Of a stretch of DNA of 64,000 nucleotides, positions 56,107 through 64,000 are shown piece by piece. The stretch comes from Octopus vulgaris. Its lineage: Eukaryota. Under the pieces are notes generated by a model. That model worked only from the letters and a program-made list of their open reading frames with translations, did not search any database and was not told the DNA's origin. Positions within the stretch are counted from its first letter, which is position 1. The number at the start of each line of letters is the position of its first letter. The stretch spans positions 10,788,001 through 10,852,000 of the forward strand of contig OX597828.1 in assembly GCA_951406725.2 (NCBI GenBank). The letters are read 5' to 3'. Made by a program: the position numbers and the translations under genes.

Positions 56107-56318
56107 AGACAACGAGTTGGGCCAATCGTTAGTACGCCGGGCAAAATCCTAAGTGGTATTTACCTTTTTACGTTCTGAGTTCAAACCGCTGAAGTCGGCT
56201 TTGCTTTTCATTTTTCCAGATCGATAAATTAAGTACCAGCCGAGCACTGGAGTCGATGTAAGCAACTAAGTTTCTTCTCCATAATTGCTGGCTTTATACC
56301 AAAATTTGAGATCACAAT
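56107..56318 (+). mobile_element. Old SINE family B (tail B2)
   Basis: Diverged head and central block; tail ...gctggctttataccaaaatttgag. Similar diverged copies near 6805-6990(-), 16100-16260(-), 42860-43030, 46050-46235(-), 47868-48070, 50160-50345, 56870-57085, 59950-60130(-). Confidence 0.75.
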
Positions 56319-57716
56319 AAATAATGCCCCCTAAAACTGTTTTAGGTGCCAGTGTAATAACCACGTGAATGTTGTCTCTGAAAAATCCAGAATGTTACAG
56401 CGTGAGTTGAAGATAGATGAAGAAACAACTTGCTGGCATTTATTATAACGGAGTAGATATAAGACACGTGAAATTAAGTAACTTCCCACAGAACACAACG
56501 GAGCACCCGGTTCAGGAACTGAATCCACAATTAACATCTTGAACACTAGGTAATGTGCCTTCATTAAATGAATATACATTTACGTAAGCCGATCGCTCAC
56601 AATGGATCATAGGCCATATACGTCTTTTCACTACTGCTCTCGACTCTGAGTGTCATTGCTACCTCTCTCCAATTAGATAACTGCTTCCTAGCCCTACCTT
56701 AGTATCTCTCTTTCATCTACATTCGGGTTGCCCTATCTTCCGCCTCCATTTTACTAATATATTTCTGTTATCATATATTTCTTTCAATAACATTGGCGTT
56801 TTCCTTAAGATAGTGGTATGAGATGTCCACAAGCCCAATTTCTCATGTAGCAAAAGGTCTTCAGTGATAGCCGGCGAGCTTGCAGAATAGTCATTGCACC
56901 CGGCAAAATGTTAACGACGTGACATCCCTCTTCGCCCTCTGAGTTCAAATTCCGCCAAGGTTGGTTTTTGCCTTTTATCTTTTCGGAGACGATAAAATAA
57001 GTACCAATTGAGCACCGACTTGAGGTAATCGACTTACCAACTACCCATGAAATTTCTGGCCTTCTGCCAACATTTTAGATCAATATTTTGTTGTGCCGTA
57101 TAGAGAAGCCCTACGAGGAATTTCGGCTCGGCTGGCGTCACTATCAGAAGCAAAAATGCTGCCACAAGAAGAGCAAGATATTGTGCGGACATATAGAGTG
57201 CTTCTATATGTCTATGTGTGTGTGTGTATCTACTTATTCAGAATGTGTATATACAAACGTTTGTTCGTACATGTGTATGCTTATATATATAACTGTGTTG
57301 TGTATGACTGTACAGCTATATGCTTATATATAACTATACAGTCATATATAAACAAGTACATGCCATTTGCACATATATATGTGCGTGTGTGTGTGTGTGT
57401 ATGTGTGTGTGTGTGTGTGTGAGTATGTATATAGATGTTTGAATGCATGCATGCATGTACCCGATTAGAATGCTGACGGATAAATACCAAAGTCTACGTC
57501 TCATCGCACTATCCTTGATTAATATATTGATAACGATACATCTTACATCTGGCATACATACAGAAACCAGAAGGAGTCGCGCCCTTGATAGGGGCTTGCG
57601 GATTTCAGGTAGCCCTGAAAATAATCAAACAATGTTAAGTATTACATGTAACACCTATTAGATGTGTTGGGTGTCCTTTTCTTTTGTTTCTCCACTCACT
57701 CGTGTAAATATATATA

Positions 57717-57901
57717 CGAGGGGTACTAAAACGTTCCTAGCTTTAAGGGTATCGAGAAAAGCATGATTGGAGGCCCAAGGTTCCGTGTTCTTCTACAGGG
57801 CTTAGCAAAACTGAAGGACTACTACAAAAAGTGTGAATCTGAGAGAGGAAAATTTAACTAATCCTCTAGTATCTACTTTTACATTAAGCCAGGTAATCTC
57901 G
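57717..57901. mobile_element. Mariner-derived MITE (family of 49252-49406)
   Basis: ta|cgaggggtactaaaacgttcctagctttaagggtatcg...ttctacagggctta; right end degraded. Confidence 0.7.
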
Positions 57902-58158
57902 TGTGTGTGTATATATACTGTATTCTATCGACCATCGCAGGTGTTACGTTCGAAAACCTTCTACAGAAGTAATTATAATCTAAAACAATGTAAATACCTA
58001 ACGGCCGCAGAAACCCTGCCATTTACTGAGGAGTCCGCGATATAAATTTACATATATTAGGTAGAAAAAATTGCGATGTTCTGAGTGCGCGATAGGTGAA
58101 CAGCGATATGGTGAGGGATTCCTGTGTATACATATATGTACGTGTCTGTTGGTGTATG

Positions 58159-58676
<518 letters not shown>

Positions 58677-58797
58677 GTGAAAATATTATAATATGTTACA
58701 AAATATTATAATAATCCAGGTTTCTCGTAGCACTAGGCCACTTGGTGTGGAATAAATATACTATTAAATTAGTATCTAATTCTCTCACCCTTATTAA

Positions 58798-58857
<60 letters not shown>

Positions 58858-59722
58858 AAGTTCGAAAAAATGAAGTTCGAAAATGCTGCTATAGTACACA
58901 CATTTTTAATTTTTATATATACATTATAACATGTTTCGGTTCTTGAGAACCTTATCAAAAAAAGTTATATATAAAAAAAGATAGTTCATGCTATCAAATA
59001 TAAAAAATTCATTTATAATATACAATAGAGTCAGACATCAAAAGTTCATATATCGTGAAGTGAGTTCGTTCATGCTATATGTTTTTAGAGTATGATGTAG
59101 TGGTTCATAGTGGTGATATGCATTCAATATAAAAAATAGATCAAAGAAAAAATTGGTGTTCCTGAAAGAGCGAGGAATTCATTTTAGATTTTACCTTAAG
59201 GAACTGTGATGACTTTTGGTCGGTGTTCGCTGGATCGTATATATATATATATGCAAATAAATCTCCGCGTATGTTTACGTCATACGAATTTACAAACATC
59301 GAGGGATTTGAAATGATTCATTACTAACGAGAGAACTGGAAGTAGATATACCTATAAATAATAACGTGTAAATAATGGCTTTAAAATCCCCGGATTAGAA
59401 AAAGTTCAAGTCTGCCAGTGGGATTCGAACTAACATCGTCTGTAAACATGACCCATCTAAAGGCGTTTAAAATGACGTAGAAATTTCGAGGGATTGCATT
59501 GGTACAATGGTGGAACTATTAACACATTTAGAGAGGATATGCGACCGAGTCGAACGAGCAGCATTTGAATTCTCAGGGACTTCGTCAAGTGACGTGAGCA
59601 CCTATTATGAAACACAAATAAGGGGTCCAAAATCTAGTAAGGCTGTACAAAATTCTTTTCAATCTACTGAGAAATATGTAAACACACATTTTCTCTATGT
59701 AGGCCAACAATGTAGTTTTACA

Positions 59723-59780
<58 letters not shown>

Positions 59781-60697
59781 AACACACACACACACGCACA
59801 TACACACACAAATACATACATACAAAGAATTTATGTCGAGTGAACCTGAGAGGTATGAAATTAATAATTTTGCTCCAAACTCTAAGATAATAGTTGATCT
59901 CAGAATCGAAACCACAACCTTAGAACATACCACGTACTTTCACTTACTATTAATGGTTTCAAATTCTGGTGCAAGACCAGCACTTTTGGAACGAAGGAGA
60001 TAAGTCGATTGCATCGACCTCACTGATCATATTGACCCCGACTGTTACTTATTTCAGCGACCCCTAAAGGCTGAAAGGCAATGTCAAACCCGGTGGCATT
60101 TGAACTCAGAACGGCAAGCTAACGATCGTACCCGCACGTCGGCTTTCTTCAATTATTACTTATACAAGTCTAGATTATTCTAGATTAACTTGTCTAGGGT
60201 GGGCGTTAGGTAACAAACTACGCTGAGAATACGGGGCAATAGTTTGAGAAATCTAAAATTAATAGCGTTTCGCTTACATCCTGAAATACATGTAGTGAAA
60301 TAGTAGTTCACTGGTTAATAAGGATTTTAATTCTATTTCACTGATAACTTTGAAAAAAATTTATAAATTATTATCCATCAACGCGTGAGGGCTCCCTCAG
60401 TGCGAACTGACAAGAGTATTGAAATATATTACGACGAAGTATGCCTGAGTGTGCCAGAATACTAAACAGGACATATGCATAATGTTTTCCCCTCACTTCA
60501 AATACACATAGATAAGCATAGGAATATATATATATCCCACCCCACTCACATTTGCATACACACAGACACATGCACAAACACACACACATACACACATGCA
60601 CAAAGACACACACAAACATAAATATGCATATAAACACACATGCGCAAAGCCTTCATAGATAGATAGACAGACTGACAAACAAACAGTCAGACAGGCT

Positions 60698-60736
<39 letters not shown>

Positions 60737-60915
60737 TGATTGATTGATTGATAGACATACGGACAGACAGTGAGAAACAGTGAGAAAGACACACAGATAT
60801 ACACACAGGCACACATATAGGTAGATAGATAGACAGAAAAAAGACAGACAGACAGACAGATAGACACACAGACAGACAGTTAGACGGACACACAGGCACC
60901 CACAGACAGACACAC

Positions 60916-61005
<90 letters not shown>

Positions 61006-61018
61006 TATAGATATATAT

Positions 61019-61641
61019 GTTTCTTTATTAGCCACACAGGGCTGCACACAGATAGAACAAATTACAAGGTAGAGCTTTTCTTTTGAAGGTAAAAAAAAAT
61101 AAAAAATAAAAAAAGGGGGGGTCGATCAAAAGGGATCGTAAAAGGAGAGAAAGAGGACAAAAAAAGGGGGGGTTAAAAAAAGGGGGAGAGGAAAAAATTG
61201 ATCAATAGGGATCGTTATCACAGAAATGTCAATATGAAGTGTAAAGGGGAGGACAGGTGAGGTTTACACGTGAAAAGAAAAGCCTACGGAAAAGACCACG
61301 GTAACCTCGGTCAATGAAGTCACATGTTATATTTCTTTTTTTTTTTTTTTTTGCAAGTAAGCAACTCTCTGTATTAATTTTTATGGTTCATAGAATCATA
61401 GTCAAGGTGGCTTCGTCATTCATATGTGCCATCCTTGCTACATTCACCCATCTTTTTTTAAAACATTCACTAGACAAAACTTGCCTCTCTACTCTCACTT
61501 TCCTCTTCAAGTGATACTTGAAGAAGTTGATGAGAGATTGACCAGAGAGGAAAGTGTTTGTCTCTAATCCTTTCAGGCGCGTCCACCAGATACATTCTTT
61601 CGCCATAGCCACAAGTATGATAAAAATAGCTCTTCCTTCCC

Positions 61642-61642
<1 letters not shown>
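61019..61642 (-). mobile_element. 5'-truncated L1/Tx1-like LINE (ORF2 C-terminus plus 3' UTR) inserted in (GATA)n
   Basis: Open C-terminal peptide IFIILVAMAKECIWWTRLK...LKRKVRVER...FKKRW (AK..IW..R and F...W pattern of Tx1/L1 ORF2 ends), pyrimidine-rich 3' UTR, aataaagaaac end; GATA arrays on both sides. Confidence 0.75.
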
Positions 61643-61707
<65 letters not shown>

Positions 61708-61708
61708 T

Positions 61709-61782
<74 letters not shown>

Positions 61783-61943
61783 GATAGATAGATATACAGA
61801 CAGAGTTAAGTACTGTGTCTATCAAATCCATGCAGTGCATATACATACAACAGTCGTATCTGAGTTATTTCTCTTGCAAGAACTGCATTCATATGTGTAT
61901 ATATAAATGAGAGTATGCAGATATATGTGTAGGTATAGGTATA

Positions 61944-62827
61944 CGTGGTTTGATCTATAAGTATCCGGACTGTGGCCACAGTAACGAAGCTAAAGTATGC
62001 AGAGTAAAGCCGCTTGGAATAGATTGACATTGAACTCTGTTGTGAATGAGCACTATGTTTCAATGTTCTAGCTCACTATTCCTGTTTACAGCAGTGCCCA
62101 GAAGGAACATGTGTAGCGTATGATCGTCGCATTTATTATGACAGGGAAATTTGAGTAGAGATTCTGCATCAAATTTTTCCAGAAGCTTGGTGAAACTTGC
62201 TCAGAGGCCTAGGCAAAGTTTTCAAAAAGGTTTCACCGTTCGTGACACAATCAAGAAGATCTTGTGCAACTGAAACCCGGATGTTTTTTTTTCTTTTTGT
62301 CAGATGAAAGTAGCTTGGGCACAAACTTAGCATACACGCGTCTCATACCCAAATCTTCAGTGACGATGGACGGAACTGAACCGTAACTCCATATCCTTTG
62401 ATAGCTAACGGATGGGGATTCTATGATTTCCCCCAACATATGCACTCACATCTACGATAATTTTCTCAGTTGTACTCGCTGCGGGTTTTCCATAACGTTC
62501 GTCAATATTGACATATTTTCGGCCATCTTGGAATCGTCTGAACCACTCGTACTTTTGTGTGCGGCTCATACAGTCATCTCCATACATTTTCTGCAAATTT
62601 GTGTAGGCCTCTGACCGGGTATCTCCATGACAACTTCCTCTGTTATGGTCAATGAGACGATCACACGCTACACCCCTTCCTTCAAAGCACTGTTGTAAAC
62701 AACGGAAGTAAGCTAAAACATTAAAACTTAATGCGCATGCACAGCCTTGTTCAAGATCAATCTCTGTCAAGCATCCTTTAGCCTTGTTATTATGGTAATA
62801 GTCCGGTTGCTTATTGATCAGCCCTGG
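61944..62827 (-). mobile_element. Mariner derivative made of two inverted 5' ends; transposase N-terminal pseudogene on the minus strand
   Basis: TA-flanked TIRs; peptides SEAYTNLQKMYGDDCMSRTQKYEWFRRFQDGR (HTH) and EDLGMRRVYAKFVPKLLS (WVPHEL-equivalent); 61944-62235 is a plus-strand copy of the same 5' region. Confidence 0.88.
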
Positions 62828-62890
62828 TACATACTTATACAAATGTATATAGATTTTTCTACATGCATGTTTGTGTGTGTGTGTGTGTGT

Positions 62891-62927
<37 letters not shown>

Positions 62928-63545
62928 AGCACAGAGAGGTACAGATAATGTAGTAATTTTAGTACATATATATCCCGTAATATAAAATTACATAATTCAT
63001 TGTACTATATGTATTGACTTAGTACTCTGATTTTGCTCTTGGAAAAACTACCAACCATTAGATATGTGGTTATGTTTCATAGCAATGTATATGTTTAAAA
63101 GTTTTATAAGGTATATATTTACATCCAGATTAGCATAAAAATGGCGCTCAGGGATATCATTACAGGGGCATTGTCTTATATATGTATTGTATATTGTATG
63201 TGTGTGTGTTCATTCTGTGAATGGGCACACACACACATATAGGTACACATATATACACACACAGACGCACAAACGCACGATTACATATATATATATATAT
63301 GCATATATATATATATATATATACACATTTATATATGTATATATGTATATATGTATATATATATGTACTTATATATACATTTATATATAAATGTATATAT
63401 ATATATAAATATATATATATATTTATATATAATATACATTTATATTTATATATATTTATACATATACATACATATGTGAATATGTATATATATGCAGATA
63501 GTTAGATACAGACATACATTCAGACTTACTTACATGCAAACATAC

Positions 63546-63576
<31 letters not shown>

Positions 63577-63633
63577 CATACATACATACATACATACATA
63601 CATAAACACATACAGAGAAAAAAACATATATAC

Positions 63634-63664
<31 letters not shown>

Positions 63665-64000
63665 AGCATTCGAGCTGCGCGGGCTATACCAAGCTGGCTT
63701 AGTGCCTAAATTTAAGTACCTAATTCATCTGAATCTTAATTTTTGTGTATGTGTGTGTGTGTGTGTGTGTATGTATGTGTGTAATTGTGTTTCAGCTTGT
63801 GTATGTAGAGATGCATGTATAGATTTTTTACGTGATCATTTGGCCAGCAACATGCGTGTATTTGTTCATGACGACGTATTGCTCATAAATCAAGCAATTG
63901 TACAAACTTCTTCCGCGGAACTGATATTCATACATATACGAACATACATAATTGTTACTAACGAACACTTATATGCGAGTAGGGGTTAATGTGTACCGAG

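Overview
Eukaryotic, AT-rich, microsatellite-saturated non-coding DNA. The repeat repertoire (tRNA-headed SINEs, (TA)n/(GATA)n/(TAA)n arrays, Penelope-like remnants) is what I associate with an octopus genome; that is an inference. No intact host protein-coding gene is recognisable, and nearly all listed ORFs are translations of microsatellites. The window is a layered transposon landscape: three SINE families, a decayed hAT-Charlie/SPIN-type transposase (39.8-42.1 kb), two mariner remnants plus MITEs, an R4/Dong-type RLE LINE in trinucleotide repeats (50.9-53.5 kb), a Tx1/L1-like LINE 3' end in (GATA)n, a decayed Penelope-like RT and a non-autonomous Helitron. Highlights: (1) a tRNA-headed element carrying a Penelope-type minimal hammerhead ribozyme, inserted as a head-to-head pair with a 17-bp TSD inside the hAT transposase; (2) a SINE tail matching the Tx1-like LINE 3' end, with recurrent self-dimers and an RGTA target bias; (3) a perfect palindrome with 183-bp arms. 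All alignments were done by eye; no database searches were run.
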